Part shown: one piece after another, positions 27,837 to 37,784 of the stretch
How the letters are laid out: each line of letters begins with the position of its first letter
Numbering within the stretch: position 1 is the first letter of the stretch
From: Candidatus Defluviicoccus seviourii
Lineage (GTDB): Bacteria > Pseudomonadota > Alphaproteobacteria > Rhodospirillales > Defluviicoccaceae
NCBI GenBank assembly: GCA_900609035.2
Contig: UXAT02000012.1
Location: forward strand, 77,278 to 141,277
Reading direction: 5' to 3'
DNA: 64,000 nucleotides
Made by a program: the position numbers and the translations under genes
Notes under the pieces: model-generated
Seen by the model: the letters and a program-made list of their open reading frames with translations, nothing else
Databases searched by the model: none
Told to the model about the DNA's origin: nothing

Positions 27837-28622
27837 ATGTCCCGCACCGACAATCCTAACACCCCGCAGCCAACGGCTACGCCCGCGGAGGAAACCACGC
27901 ATTTTGGGTTTCGTACCGTCGGCGTGACCGAAAAGCCGTCGCTCGTGCGCGATGTCTTTGATAGCGTCGCCACCCGCTACGATCTCATGAACGACCTGAT
28001 GAGCGGCGGCATTCACCGCTTCTGGAAGGCGGCGATGATCGACTGGCTCAACCCACGTCCCGGCATGACGCTCCTGGACGTCGGCGGCGGCACCGGCGAC
28101 ATCGCCTTCCGCTTCCGCGAACGCGGCGGCGGCCCGGTCATCGTGTGCGATGTCAATGCGCCGATGCTGGCCCAGGGCCGCGACCGTGCCATCGACCGCG
28201 GCTTCGTGCGCGAAATTGCCTGGGTCTGCGGCGATGCCGAACGGCTGCCGATCGCCGACGGTGCCGTCGACGCCTATGCGACCGCCTTCTGCCTGCGCAA
28301 TGTCACGCACGTCGATCGGGCGCTTCGAGAGGCGCACCGCGTGCTGAAACCGGGCGGGCGGTTCCTCTGCCTCGAGTTCAGCCGCGTCGCCATGCCGGTA
28401 CTCGACCGCCTCTATGACGCCTACTCCTTCAACGTCCTGCCGCTCTTGGGCCGCTTTGTTGCCGGCAACGCCGAGGCCTATCGCTACTTGGCGGAGAGCA
28501 TTCGCCGGTTCCCGTCGCAGGAGCGGTTCACCGGCATGATCTCGGACGCCGGCCTCGATCTGGTCAAGTACCGCAACCTTTCGGGTGGCATCGTCGCCAT
28601 GCATTCCGCATGGCGGACGTGA
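27837..28622 (+). CDS. ubiE: Ubiquinone/menaquinone C-methyltransferase
   Basis: [46 protein letters not shown]. Confidence 0.96.
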   Translation: MSRTDNPNTPQPTATPAEETTHFGFRTVGVTEKPSLVRDVFDSVATRYDLMNDLMSGGIHRFWKAAMIDWLNPRPGMTLLDVGGGTGDIAFRFRERGGGPVIVCDVNAPMLAQGRDRAIDRGFVREIAWVCGDAERLPIADGAVDAYATAFCLRNVTHVDRALREAHRVLKPGGRFLCLEFSRVAMPVLDRLYDAYSFNVLPLLGRFVAGNAEAYRYLAESIRRFPSQERFTGMISDAGLDLVKYRNLSGGIVAMHSAWRT

Positions 28623-28644
28623 TCGCCGCACCGGCGCCGCTGCC

Positions 28645-30177
28645 ATGATCCATCCGCTGCGCAACATGGTACGGCTGGTCGTGCTGGCGCGCACGCTCGC
28701 GCGGCACGATGCCCTGTTCGTGTTCGAGGGCTTGGGATTTGCGCAGCCGCTCGCTGCCGCGGCGCGGCTCGTGTTCTGGAGCCGCGCACCGGGCCGGCCT
28801 GGGCAGCGCCTGGCGCGGGCGCTCAACGAGGCCGGGCCATCGTTCATCAAGCTCGGCCAAGCCCTGTCGACCCGCGCCGACCTGCTGGGCGAGGCGCTGG
28901 CGGCCGACCTCTCCGAACTGCAGGACCGCCTGCCGCCCTTTCCGGGCAGCGTTGCGCGGCAGACCATCGAGACCGAGCTGGGCCAGCCTGTGGAAAGCCT
29001 GTTCCGCTCCTTCGACGATACCCCCATCGCCGCCGCATCGATCGCGCAGGTCCACTTCGCCGTCGACAGCGACGGCCGAGAGGTTGCGGTAAAGGTCTTG
29101 CGGCCGGGGATCGAGCAGGCCCTCAAGCGCGACCTCGACTTGTTCTACTGGGTCGCCGGCCTGATCGAAGCCGCCGTGCCGGCGTGGCGTCGCCTGCGAC
29201 CACGCGAGTCCATCGCTACCTTCGCCGCCACGGTCGAGATGGAGATGGACCTACGGTTCGAAGCGGCGGCCGCCTGCGAACTGGCGGAGAACTTTGCCGG
29301 CAACACGAGCTTCAAGGTGCCGGCCATCGATTGGCGCCGCACCGCCCGCCGCGTGCTGACGAGCGAGCGGATCGCCGGCATCCCGATTGACGAGCGCGAC
29401 GCCTTGATCGCCGCCGGGCACGATCCGGAAGCATTGCTGACGCGCGCGGCGACGATGTTCTTTCTCCAAGTCTTCCGCGATGGCTTCTTTCATGCCGACC
29501 TGCATCCCGGCAACCTGTTCGTCCGCCCCGATGGTTCGATCGCAGCCGTCGACTTCGGCATCATGGGCAGGCTCGACCGCAAGGCGCGCCGGCACCTGGG
29601 CGAGCTCCTGCTGGCCTTCCTCACCCGCAATTATCAGCGCGCGGCCGAGGTCCACTTCGAGGCCGGCTGGATCCCGCAGGATCTCTCGGTTGCCACCTTT
29701 GCCCAGGCTTGCCGCTCGATCGCCGAGCCGATCATGGACAAGCCGCAGAATGAGATCTCGATGGCGCGGCTGCTGGGCCATCTGTTTCAGGTCACTGAGC
29801 AGTTCGCCATGACCACGCAGCCGGAACTCCTGCTGCTGCAGAAGACGATGCTGCTGGCGGAAGGAACCGGGCGCAAGCTGTGCCCGGAAGCGAACATGTG
29901 GTACCTGGCGCGGCCCTTGATCCAGGACTGGGTGGCAGCGAGCTTCGGGCCGGAGCAGCAGCTCCGCCAAGCGGTTGATGACGTCCGCGCCGGCATGGCA
30001 CGCCTGCCGGAGGCGGTCCGACAGGCAGAGCGCGGGTTGAGCGCCCTTGCCGAGGGGACGCTGCGACTGCATCCGGATTCCCTGGCCCGGCTTGGCGGCA
30101 GCCCACGCTGGCAGCCGCCGGCGTGGCTCGCCTGGGCGCTTCTCACGGTGGCTGTCCTCGCGCTGTTGTTCCGCTAA
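28645..30177 (+). CDS. ubiB: Ubiquinone biosynthesis protein kinase-like UbiB
   Basis: FIKLGQALSTR, AAASIAQVH, VAVKVLRP, FFHADLHPGN, DFGIMG. Confidence 0.96.
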   Translation: MIHPLRNMVRLVVLARTLARHDALFVFEGLGFAQPLAAAARLVFWSRAPGRPGQRLARALNEAGPSFIKLGQALSTRADLLGEALAADLSELQDRLPPFPGSVARQTIETELGQPVESLFRSFDDTPIAAASIAQVHFAVDSDGREVAVKVLRPGIEQALKRDLDLFYWVAGLIEAAVPAWRRLRPRESIATFAATVEMEMDLRFEAAAACELAENFAGNTSFKVPAIDWRRTARRVLTSERIAGIPIDERDALIAAGHDPEALLTRAATMFFLQVFRDGFFHADLHPGNLFVRPDGSIAAVDFGIMGRLDRKARRHLGELLLAFLTRNYQRAAEVHFEAGWIPQDLSVATFAQACRSIAEPIMDKPQNEISMARLLGHLFQVTEQFAMTTQPELLLLQKTMLLAEGTGRKLCPEANMWYLARPLIQDWVAASFGPEQQLRQAVDDVRAGMARLPEAVRQAERGLSALAEGTLRLHPDSLARLGGSPRWQPPAWLAWALLTVAVLALLFR

Positions 30178-30322
30178 AGGGACCGGGCCACCGCCCGCAG
30201 CGGTACCCGTGTGCCGCCATGCCGATATGTGCTTTTCGGTTCGCGCCTCCGGTCTGTTCTTGCCTCTGGGCGGGATCGCTCTACAATCAACAACACAGGA
30301 AAAAAGTGAAAACTGGCTGCGT

Positions 30323-31537
30323 ATGTCGCCGCTCGTGGGAAAAAGAATTCTGCTGGTCATTTCCGGTGGGATTGCCGCCTACAAGTGCCTCGAGCTAATC
30401 CGGTCCCTGCGTGCGGCCGGCGCCTCCGTGCGGGCCGTGCTGACGCCGGCGGCAACTCAGTTCGTCACCCCGCTCTCTGTTGCCGCAATTACCGAAGACA
30501 AGGTGTTCAGCGATCTGTTTTCGTTGACTGACGAGAGCGAGATGGGCCACATCCGGCTGTCGCGCGAGGCGGATCTCGTGGTCGTTGCGCCGGCGACCGC
30601 GGACCTGCTGGCTCGTATGGCGGCCGGCATGGCCAACGATCTCGCACTCACCGCTCTCCTTGCTACCGACAAGCCGATCTTGTGCGCGCCGGCCATGAAC
30701 GTGCGCATGTGGGAACATGCGGCAACGCAGGCCAACGTCGTGACGCTGGCCGGCCGCGGCGTCCGCTTCGTCGGGCCGGACGTGGGCGATATGGCCTGCG
30801 GCGAATACGGGCCGGGCCGGATGGCGGAGCCAGACGAGATCCTTGCCGCGATCGCCCAGCATTTCGCCTGCGGCCAGCGCCTTGCCAACCGAAGGGCCCT
30901 GGTCACCAGCGGGCCGACGCGCGAACCGCTCGATCCCGTCCGCTTCTTGAGCAATCGCTCGTCCGGGCGGCAGGGTCATGCCATCGCCGCGGCGCTCGCC
31001 CGCTTCGGGGCTCGGACACAGCTGGTCTCCGGCCCGACAGCACTGCCCGATCCGCCGGCCGTCCAGGTTGTCCACGTGGAAACGGCCCAGCAGATGCTGG
31101 CGGCGTGCGAACAAGCGCTCCCCGTCGATATCGCCGTCTGCGCGGCGGCCGTGAGCGACTGGCGGGCGGCCGAACCGCAGCCGGATAAGATCAAGAAGGA
31201 AGCGGGCGCCGCACCGGAGCCGCTCCGGCTGGTCGAAAACCCGGACATCCTCGCCACCTTGAGCCGCGCCGCAACCCGCCGGCCGACGCTTGTCATCGGC
31301 TTTGCCGCGGAAACCAGCCGCCTTCTCGACAACGCTGTTGAAAAGCGCCGGCGCAAAGGCTGCGACTGGATCCTCGCCAACGACGTATCCGCCGCGACCG
31401 GCACCTTCGGCGGCGAGACCAACGAGGTTCACCTGATCAGCGCCGACGGGACCGAGCTCTGGCCCCGCATGAGCAAGGAAGCGGTCGCCGAGCGTCTCGC
31501 GTTCGCGATCGCCGAAGCCCTGGAGGCTCACCCATGA
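30323..31537 (+). CDS. coaBC: Bifunctional phosphopantothenoylcysteine decarboxylase/synthase
   Basis: [47 protein letters not shown]. Confidence 0.97.
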   Translation: MSPLVGKRILLVISGGIAAYKCLELIRSLRAAGASVRAVLTPAATQFVTPLSVAAITEDKVFSDLFSLTDESEMGHIRLSREADLVVVAPATADLLARMAAGMANDLALTALLATDKPILCAPAMNVRMWEHAATQANVVTLAGRGVRFVGPDVGDMACGEYGPGRMAEPDEILAAIAQHFACGQRLANRRALVTSGPTREPLDPVRFLSNRSSGRQGHAIAAALARFGARTQLVSGPTALPDPPAVQVVHVETAQQMLAACEQALPVDIAVCAAAVSDWRAAEPQPDKIKKEAGAAPEPLRLVENPDILATLSRAATRRPTLVIGFAAETSRLLDNAVEKRRRKGCDWILANDVSAATGTFGGETNEVHLISADGTELWPRMSKEAVAERLAFAIAEALEAHP

Positions 31538-32022
31538 GACCACTGCTCGGTCCCGCGGCTGTCCTCGTCCGCCAGCTGCCACACGGAGCCGGGCTGCCGC
31601 TGCCCTCGTACGCGACGGCGGGCAGCGCCGGCCTTGACTTGGCTGCCGCCGTCGAGGCGCCGATCGAGCTCGCTCCGGGGAGCCGTGCGCTGGTGCCAAC
31701 CGGCATCGCGATCGCCCTGCCGCCGGGCTACGAGGGCCAGGTGCGGCCGCGATCCGGGCTTGCCGCGCGGCACGGCTTAACCGTTCTCAACAGCCCCGGC
31801 ACCATCGACAGCGATTATCGCGGCGAGGTGGCGGTCATCCTGATCAACCTCGGCCAGGCTCCCTTCCGCGTGGAGCGCGGAATGCGGATCGCCCAGCTGG
31901 TGATCGCACCGGTGACAATGGCCCGGCTCTATGCCGTTGCCGAGTTGCCCGGCAGCAGCCGTGGCGAGGGCGGCTTCGGCTCGACCGGGAGCGATGTCAC
32001 CAATGCCGGCGAACCGGCGTAG
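31534..32022 (+). CDS. dut: dUTP pyrophosphatase
   Basis: [42 protein letters not shown]. Confidence 0.98.
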   Translation: MRPLLGPAAVLVRQLPHGAGLPLPSYATAGSAGLDLAAAVEAPIELAPGSRALVPTGIAIALPPGYEGQVRPRSGLAARHGLTVLNSPGTIDSDYRGEVAVILINLGQAPFRVERGMRIAQLVIAPVTMARLYAVAELPGSSRGEGGFGSTGSDVTNAGEPA

Positions 32023-32026
32023 CACC

Positions 32027-32482
32027 ATGCTTGGGATGTCACGCAAGGTCCTGTTTGCGATCGAGGCAGTGCTCGATATCGCCTACCATGCCGGCTCGGA
32101 GCCGGTGCAGAGCCGCGAGATCACCCGCCGGCAGGGCATTCCCCGGCGCTACTTGGAACAGGCCCTGCAGAGTCTGGTGCGCGACGGCATCTTAGTCGGC
32201 GTGCGCGGACCGCGCGGCGGCTACCGGCTCGCGCGCGAGCGCCGGCGCATCACCGTGGGCGAGATCGTGCGCGTCGTGCGCCCGGCCGAGAACGAGGATG
32301 ATCCGCTGCAGGACGGCCCGACGTCACCACTTGGCTGCCAGGTGGTGCGACCGTTGTGGCTCGATCTGCAGGGCGAGGTGATGCTGCAACTGAACCGGAT
32401 CACGCTTGACGACTTGTGCGGGCGGGCCAACGCGGCCGGGATCGTCAGCGAAGGCAGACAGGCGATCGACTTCGTCATCTAG
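32027..32482 (+). CDS. Rrf2 family transcriptional regulator, CymR-like
   Basis: Rrf2 wHTH ([30 protein letters not shown]); no IscR three-Cys cluster motif; ends AIDFVI; upstream of cysK. Confidence 0.88.
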   Translation: MLGMSRKVLFAIEAVLDIAYHAGSEPVQSREITRRQGIPRRYLEQALQSLVRDGILVGVRGPRGGYRLARERRRITVGEIVRVVRPAENEDDPLQDGPTSPLGCQVVRPLWLDLQGEVMLQLNRITLDDLCGRANAAGIVSEGRQAIDFVI

Positions 32483-32577
32483 CTGCAGAGCGTGGTCAAC
32501 GAGGCACGGCGGATGCCCCCAGGCAGCACCGTCACTGGGGGCAGCGGACAACGGAAGTGGAAAGGGAGCGTTGCGAC

Positions 32578-33567
32578 ATGGACGAGACAGCGCAGCAGGC
32601 GCCGGCAGCCGATACCATCGGCCGCGGCCGGATTTTCGACAGCATTCTCGACACGATCGGCAACACGCCGCTGGTGCGGCTGAAAAAGCTCGCCGCCGAT
32701 GCCGGCTGCGTGGCGCAGCTCACGGCCAAGTGCGAATTCTTCAATCCCCTGAGTTCGGTCAAGGACCGCATCGGCTTGTCGATGATCCGCGATGCCGAGG
32801 CAGCCGGTCGGATCAAGCCCGGCACCGTCCTGGTTGAACCGACTTCGGGCAACACTGGCATCGCGCTTGCTTTCGTCTGTGCGGCGCGCGGCTACCGGCT
32901 GATCCTCACGATGCCGGAAAGCATGTCGATCGAGCGGCGCAAGATGCTGGCGCTCCTGGGCGCCGAGATCGTCCTGACGCCGGCCGCCAAGGGCATGTCC
33001 GGTGCCATCGCCCGTGCCGAGGAGATCGTCAAGTCTACGCCAGGCGCCATGATGCCGCAGCAGTTCGCCAACCCGGCCAATCCGGAGATCCATCGCCTCA
33101 CCACGGCGGAGGAAATCTGGCGCGATACCGCCGGCCAAGTCGACGTCATGATTTCCGGCGTCGGCACCGGCGGCACGCTTACGGGGTGCGCCGAGGTGAT
33201 CAAGGCGCGGCGGCCCGGATTCCGCATGGTGGCGGTGGAACCCGAAGACAGCCCCGTGCTTTCGGGCGGTGTACCGGGTCCACACAAGATCCAAGGCATC
33301 GGCGCCGGTTTCATTCCTGCCATTCTCAACACGTCGCTGATCGACGAAATCATCAAGGTCGGCAACGAGACCGCTTTCGCGATGGCGCGCCGGGTGGCGA
33401 AGCTCGAAGGGCTGCCGGTCGGGATCTCGTCTGGCGCTGCGCTCGCAGCCGCGATCGAGGTCGGCCGCCGGCCGGAGATGGCGGGCAAATTGATCGTCGT
33501 CCTCCTGGCATCGTGCGCGGAGCGCTATCTCTCGACGGCCCTGTTTGATGGCATCAGCGTCGAGTAG
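32578..33567 (+). CDS. cysK: Cysteine synthase A (O-acetylserine sulfhydrylase)
   Basis: [17 protein letters not shown] (PLP lysine), [37 protein letters not shown]. Confidence 0.97.
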   Translation: MDETAQQAPAADTIGRGRIFDSILDTIGNTPLVRLKKLAADAGCVAQLTAKCEFFNPLSSVKDRIGLSMIRDAEAAGRIKPGTVLVEPTSGNTGIALAFVCAARGYRLILTMPESMSIERRKMLALLGAEIVLTPAAKGMSGAIARAEEIVKSTPGAMMPQQFANPANPEIHRLTTAEEIWRDTAGQVDVMISGVGTGGTLTGCAEVIKARRPGFRMVAVEPEDSPVLSGGVPGPHKIQGIGAGFIPAILNTSLIDEIIKVGNETAFAMARRVAKLEGLPVGISSGAALAAAIEVGRRPEMAGKLIVVLLASCAERYLSTALFDGISVE

Positions 33568-33603
33568 CGGCACCGGCCGATCGGGGCGGAGACCGGGCCG
33601 CTG

Positions 33604-34443
33604 ATGGGCTTGACCGAAGCGCAGATCCAACGCTACGCCCGGCACATCCTCCTGGATGAAATCGGCGGCCACGGCCAGGCCCGCTTGCTCGCATCGCGGG
33701 TCCTGGTCGTCGGTGCCGGCGGCCTGGGCTCACCGTTGCTGATGTATCTTGCTGCCGCCGGCGTCGGCACGATCGGCATCGTCGATAGCGACCAAGTCGA
33801 CTTGAGCAACCTGCAGCGGCAGATCGTCCATCCGACGGCGCGCATCGGCCAAGCCAAGGTCGCAAGCGCGCACGCCACCCTCGCCGCCATCAATCCAGAG
33901 ATCCACATCATCGAGCACGCCCTCCGGCTTGATGCCACCAATGCCGGCAGCATGATCGCCGACTACGACATTGTTGCCGACGGTTCGGATAACTTCCCGA
34001 CCCGCTTCCTCGTCAACGATGCCTGCTTTTTCGGCCGCAAGCCCCTCGTCTCCGGCGCCATTCTGCGTTTCGACGGCCAAGTGGCCACGTTCAAGCCCTA
34101 TGCCGGCGACCCGGATGGTGGCCATCTGCCGTGCTACCGCTGCCTTTACGGCGAACCGCCACCGGCCGGAGAAGTGCCGTCGTGTGCCGAGGCGGGCGTT
34201 CTGGGCTCATTCTGCGGCGTCGTCGGCTCGCTCCAGGCAACGGAGGTGATCAAGGAACTGCTGGGCATCGGCGACAGTCTCGCCGGCTGGCTCGTCATCC
34301 TTGATGCCCTCGGCAGCCGGTTCCGAAAAGTGCGGGTGAAAGCCGATCCGGGCTGCCCCCTGTGCGGCGAGGCGCCAACGATTCGCGGGCTTGAGGCCGA
34401 AGCGGGCGCGGCGGCGGCGGATGCCGCGATCTGCCATGGGTGA
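33604..34443 (+). CDS. moeB: MoeB/ThiF-family sulfur-carrier adenylyltransferase
   Basis: RYARHI, VGAGGLGS, SNLQRQ, DGSDNFPTRF, CYRCL, CAEAGVLG, CPLC. Confidence 0.88.
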   Translation: MGLTEAQIQRYARHILLDEIGGHGQARLLASRVLVVGAGGLGSPLLMYLAAAGVGTIGIVDSDQVDLSNLQRQIVHPTARIGQAKVASAHATLAAINPEIHIIEHALRLDATNAGSMIADYDIVADGSDNFPTRFLVNDACFFGRKPLVSGAILRFDGQVATFKPYAGDPDGGHLPCYRCLYGEPPPAGEVPSCAEAGVLGSFCGVVGSLQATEVIKELLGIGDSLAGWLVILDALGSRFRKVRVKADPGCPLCGEAPTIRGLEAEAGAAAADAAICHG

Positions 34444-34873
34444 CGCCAGCCTGCCGGGGCTGTCGCTCATCGTCTTCTCGGGTCAGTATGAGCGGGTTCA
34501 CTACGCCCTCGTGCTGGCGGCGGCGGCAGCCGCAATCGATCGGCCGGTAACTTTGTTCTTCACCGGCGAGGCGCTTAACGCCTTGCGACCGACCGCAGCA
34601 ACCGGCGCACCCGGCTGGCATGCGCTCGCCGGCAGTGGCGAGCAATCGGCAGCCGCCCTTGACGCCCGTAATGCGTCTCTCGGCGTCGCTACCTTACAGG
34701 ACCTGCTCACCGCGTGCGGCCAGATCGGTGTGCGCTTTCTTGTCTGCGAGATGGGGTTGCGCGCTGCCGAACTGACGACGGCTGACCTCAGGACTGACCT
34801 TGCGCCCGAGTGCGCGGGCGTGGTGACGCTCCTCGCCGAAGCCGGCAGCGACCGCTCGCTGCTGTTCCTCTGA
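34436..34873 (+). CDS. DsrE/DsrF-like protein
   Basis: ALVLAAAAAAIDRPVTLFFTGEAL and VRFLVCEMG patterns; overlaps the moeB end. Confidence 0.7.
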   Translation: MGDASLPGLSLIVFSGQYERVHYALVLAAAAAAIDRPVTLFFTGEALNALRPTAATGAPGWHALAGSGEQSAAALDARNASLGVATLQDLLTACGQIGVRFLVCEMGLRAAELTTADLRTDLAPECAGVVTLLAEAGSDRSLLFL

Positions 34874-34879
34874 TCGAAC

Positions 34880-34998
34880 GTTGGCACGCGGTGCCTGGTG
34901 TCGTGCCGCCTGCGGGAAAGCTCGGAACGGAGGGGAATGAGCCTTCCCGCGTTAAGGGGTCGGGGAGGAAATGGCGAACACACGAAGGGCGTTCGTAA
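34880..34998 (-). ncRNA. Candidate small RNA with C-rich anti-SD motifs
   Basis: Sigma70 promoter points into an ORF-less region; three hairpins; single-stranded UUUCCUCCCC and loop AUUCCCCUCCGUUCC. Boundaries approximate. Confidence 0.45.
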
Positions 34999-35003
34999 GC
35001 GGG

Positions 35004-35032
35004 GCTATATAGGACTATATTCACGTCGTCAA
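35004..35032 (-). promoter_or_regulatory. Sigma70-type promoter (minus strand)
   Basis: TTGACG-N17-TATAGC (with overlapping CTATAT); no credible minus-strand CDS downstream. Confidence 0.6.
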
Positions 35033-35131
35033 CCCTTTTTCCTATACCGACGCGGTTTCTTGACTCGACGGGCGCGCCGGTTTGAGGGTAGCTGTTGCCC
35101 GCCGCAGTGAGGCGCAGGAGGAGATCGCGAC

Positions 35132-35500
35132 GTGTCGAACGTTCAGAGCACGACGGGGGCCGACAAGCTCATCGCTTATCTTGACCGCATGGAGAAGCTG
35201 CTCGACGAGATTGACGGGCTCAAGGACGACCTGAAGGACATGAAGGCGCAGGCCCGCGACGATGGGTTCAACGTCGCCGCCATGCTGCGCCTGGTCGCCA
35301 TCCGCCGCAGCAAGCAGCGCGCCGATCGCGAGAGTGAATTCCTGAACGATCTTGTCCTCTACGCGCATGCCACCGGTACGCCGCTGGACTTCAGTTTCGT
35401 CGAGGAGGACTGGTCACCGCCCGCAAGCCCTAAGCGCACGCCTCCAACGGACAGTGCATCCCCTGAGGAAACGCCGGACCCAGAGCCGGACCGCGATTGA
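35132..35500 (+). CDS. DUF2312/GapR-like nucleoid-associated protein, divergent, acidic Pro-rich tail
   Basis: ADKLIAYLDRMEKLLDEIDGLKDDLKDMKAQARDDGFNVAAMLRLVAIRR follows the GapR pattern; AGGAGGAG RBS before GTG. Confidence 0.72.
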   Translation: MSNVQSTTGADKLIAYLDRMEKLLDEIDGLKDDLKDMKAQARDDGFNVAAMLRLVAIRRSKQRADRESEFLNDLVLYAHATGTPLDFSFVEEDWSPPASPKRTPPTDSASPEETPDPEPDRD

Positions 35501-35638
35501 TACGACCGCAGGCGGCGTTGCCGGTCTAGGGGGTCATGCCGTAGTCTTGGCTGCCGAGCGATCGCGTCAACGGGCGATCGCAGCGATGCGCGCGAATGCC
35601 TGGAGATGCCCAGAAAGGCAGGGGAGACCACCGAGACC

Positions 35639-36811
35639 ATGATCCCGATGCGGACCCTATTGGCCATTGCAGCCCTGTACGGCCTCGCGGTTGCCACCAC
35701 CCCCCTCGCTGCCGCATCGATCAAGATCGGCATGATCACGACGCTCTCTGGCGCTGGCGCCGGCATGGGCGTCGACATCCGTGACGGCTTCAAGCTCGCG
35801 ATCGACCAGCGCGGCGGCAATCTCGGCGGCGTTCCAGTCGAGCTGATCGTCGTCGACGACAGCCAGGACGTCGAGAACGCAAAGGAAATTGCCAACCGGA
35901 TGCTGAAAAGAGACGAGGTTGACATCGTGACCGGCATTATCTGGTCAAACCTCGTGCTTGCCGTCGTCCCCACCGTCACCCGCGCCGGCAAGTTCTACAT
36001 CAGCCCGAATGCCGGCCCGTCGGCGCTCGCCGGCAAGAACTGCCAGCCGAATTTCTTCAATGTCGCGTGGCAGAACGACAATCTGCACGAAGGGATGGGG
36101 CAGTACGTCACAGACAAGGGCTTCAAGAAGCTCTACATCCTGGCGCCCAACTATCCAGGCGGGAAGGATGCGCTCACCGGCTTCAAGCGGTTCTACAAGG
36201 GTGAGATTATAGGCGAGGTCTACACGACCTTGGGTCAGGTCGACTACGCCGCCGAGATCGCCAACCTGCGCGCCGCGAAGCCGGATGCCGCGTATTTTTT
36301 CCTCCCTGGCGGCATGGGCGTGAACTTCGTCAAACAGTACGCGCAGGCCGGCCTGATGCAGGAGATCCCGCTGTTCGGCACCGCCTTTTCCTTCGACGAG
36401 GACATCCTGCGCGCCGTGGGCGAGGCCGCACTCGGTGTCGTCAACACCGGTCAATGGGCGTGGGACTTGGATAATCCCGCCAACAAGGCGTTCGTCGAGG
36501 CGTACCGCAAGGCACACGGCCGCACACCGTCACTCTACGTGAGCCAAGGCTACGAGGCGGCGCTGCTGCTGGACAGCGCGATCACCGCCGTCAAGGGTGA
36601 TCTCTCCAACAGCGATGCCTTCCGTGCCGCGCTCGAGCGGGCCGACTTCCAGTCGGTTCGCGGCGCCTTCCGCTTCAACCACAACCACTTTCCTATTCAG
36701 AACATCTACGCCCGCGAGGTCGTCAAGATCGGCGATGTGGTGACCAACCGCTTGATCGGCACCGTTTTCACCGACCACCAGGACGCCTACGCCGCCCAGT
36801 GCGCGATGTAA
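35639..36811 (+). CDS. ABC transporter substrate-binding protein (LivK/HAAT family)
   Basis: Signal peptide, IKIGMITTLSG, VDDSQ, NAGPSALAG, APNYPGG, FRFNHNHFP. Confidence 0.92.
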   Translation: MIPMRTLLAIAALYGLAVATTPLAAASIKIGMITTLSGAGAGMGVDIRDGFKLAIDQRGGNLGGVPVELIVVDDSQDVENAKEIANRMLKRDEVDIVTGIIWSNLVLAVVPTVTRAGKFYISPNAGPSALAGKNCQPNFFNVAWQNDNLHEGMGQYVTDKGFKKLYILAPNYPGGKDALTGFKRFYKGEIIGEVYTTLGQVDYAAEIANLRAAKPDAAYFFLPGGMGVNFVKQYAQAGLMQEIPLFGTAFSFDEDILRAVGEAALGVVNTGQWAWDLDNPANKAFVEAYRKAHGRTPSLYVSQGYEAALLLDSAITAVKGDLSNSDAFRAALERADFQSVRGAFRFNHNHFPIQNIYAREVVKIGDVVTNRLIGTVFTDHQDAYAAQCAM

Positions 36812-36860
36812 CGCCAGCCCGCAGCCGGTTCCCACGGCGCGCCGGGACCAGATCAGGCCA

Positions 36861-37784
36861 ATGACCGCACAGCTTTTCCTGGAGCAAACGCTGAACGGCC
36901 TGCAGCAGGGCGTGACGCTGTTTCTGCTGGCTGCCGGCCTGACGCTCGTATTCGGCGTTATGCACCTGATCAACCTTGCGCATGGCACGCTCTACATGGT
37001 CGGCGCGTACGTCGCCGCGACGGTAACGCAAGTCTCCGGCAACTTCCTGTGGGGCGTACTGGCCGCCGTCGCCGCCGCTGGCCTCACCGGGACCGCGATC
37101 GAAGTCATCGCGCTGCGCCGGCTGTACGATCGCGGCCATCTCGATCAGGTGCTGGCGACCTTCGGCGTCATCTTGTTTTTCAACGAGCTGGTCAAGATCC
37201 TGTGGGGACCGCAGGCATTGTTTCTGTCGCCGCCCGCGATCCTGTCGGGAACGGTTGAGGTCATCCCCGGGGTTCCCTACCCCGCCTATCGGCTGTTGAT
37301 CATCGCCGTCGGCCTCGCGGTCGCTCTCGCCGTGCGCCAGCTCATCACCAGCACCCGGACCGGGATGCTGATCCGGGCCGGGGCGACCGACCGGGAGATG
37401 GTTGGCGCCTTGGGCGTGGCGGTCAATCGGCTGTTCACCCGCGTGTTTGCCATCGGTGCGATGCTCGCCGGCCTCGCCGGCGCCATGGCCGGCCCCTTGC
37501 TCGCGATCGAGGTCGGGATGGGCGAGCATATCCTGATCCTTACCTTCGTCGTCGTCATCATCGGCGGTATCGGCTCCGTGCGCGGCGCGCTGGTGGGTGC
37601 GCTGCTCGTAGGCCTGGTCGATACCTACGGCCGCGCCTTCCTGCCGGTCGTGCTGCGGGGTGTCCTGTCGCCGACGGCCGCCGATGGCATCGGCGGCTCG
37701 CTGTCCAGCATCGCCATCTACGTTCTCATGGCTGCGGTCCTGATCTGGCGGCCGCGCGGCTTGTTCCAGGCCTACGGCGGATGA
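36861..37784 (+). CDS. ABC transporter permease (LivH-like)
   Basis: AAGLTLVFGVMHLINLAHG, VVVIIGGIGS, WRPRGL. Confidence 0.93.
   Translation: MTAQLFLEQTLNGLQQGVTLFLLAAGLTLVFGVMHLINLAHGTLYMVGAYVAATVTQVSGNFLWGVLAAVAAAGLTGTAIEVIALRRLYDRGHLDQVLATFGVILFFNELVKILWGPQALFLSPPAILSGTVEVIPGVPYPAYRLLIIAVGLAVALAVRQLITSTRTGMLIRAGATDREMVGALGVAVNRLFTRVFAIGAMLAGLAGAMAGPLLAIEVGMGEHILILTFVVVIIGGIGSVRGALVGALLVGLVDTYGRAFLPVVLRGVLSPTAADGIGGSLSSIAIYVLMAAVLIWRPRGLFQAYGG

Noticed and set aside
34882-34896. TGGCAC...TGC as a sigma54 promoter after dsrE
   Set aside because: GG-to-GC spacing is two bases too short; the sequence is better explained as a hairpin arm.
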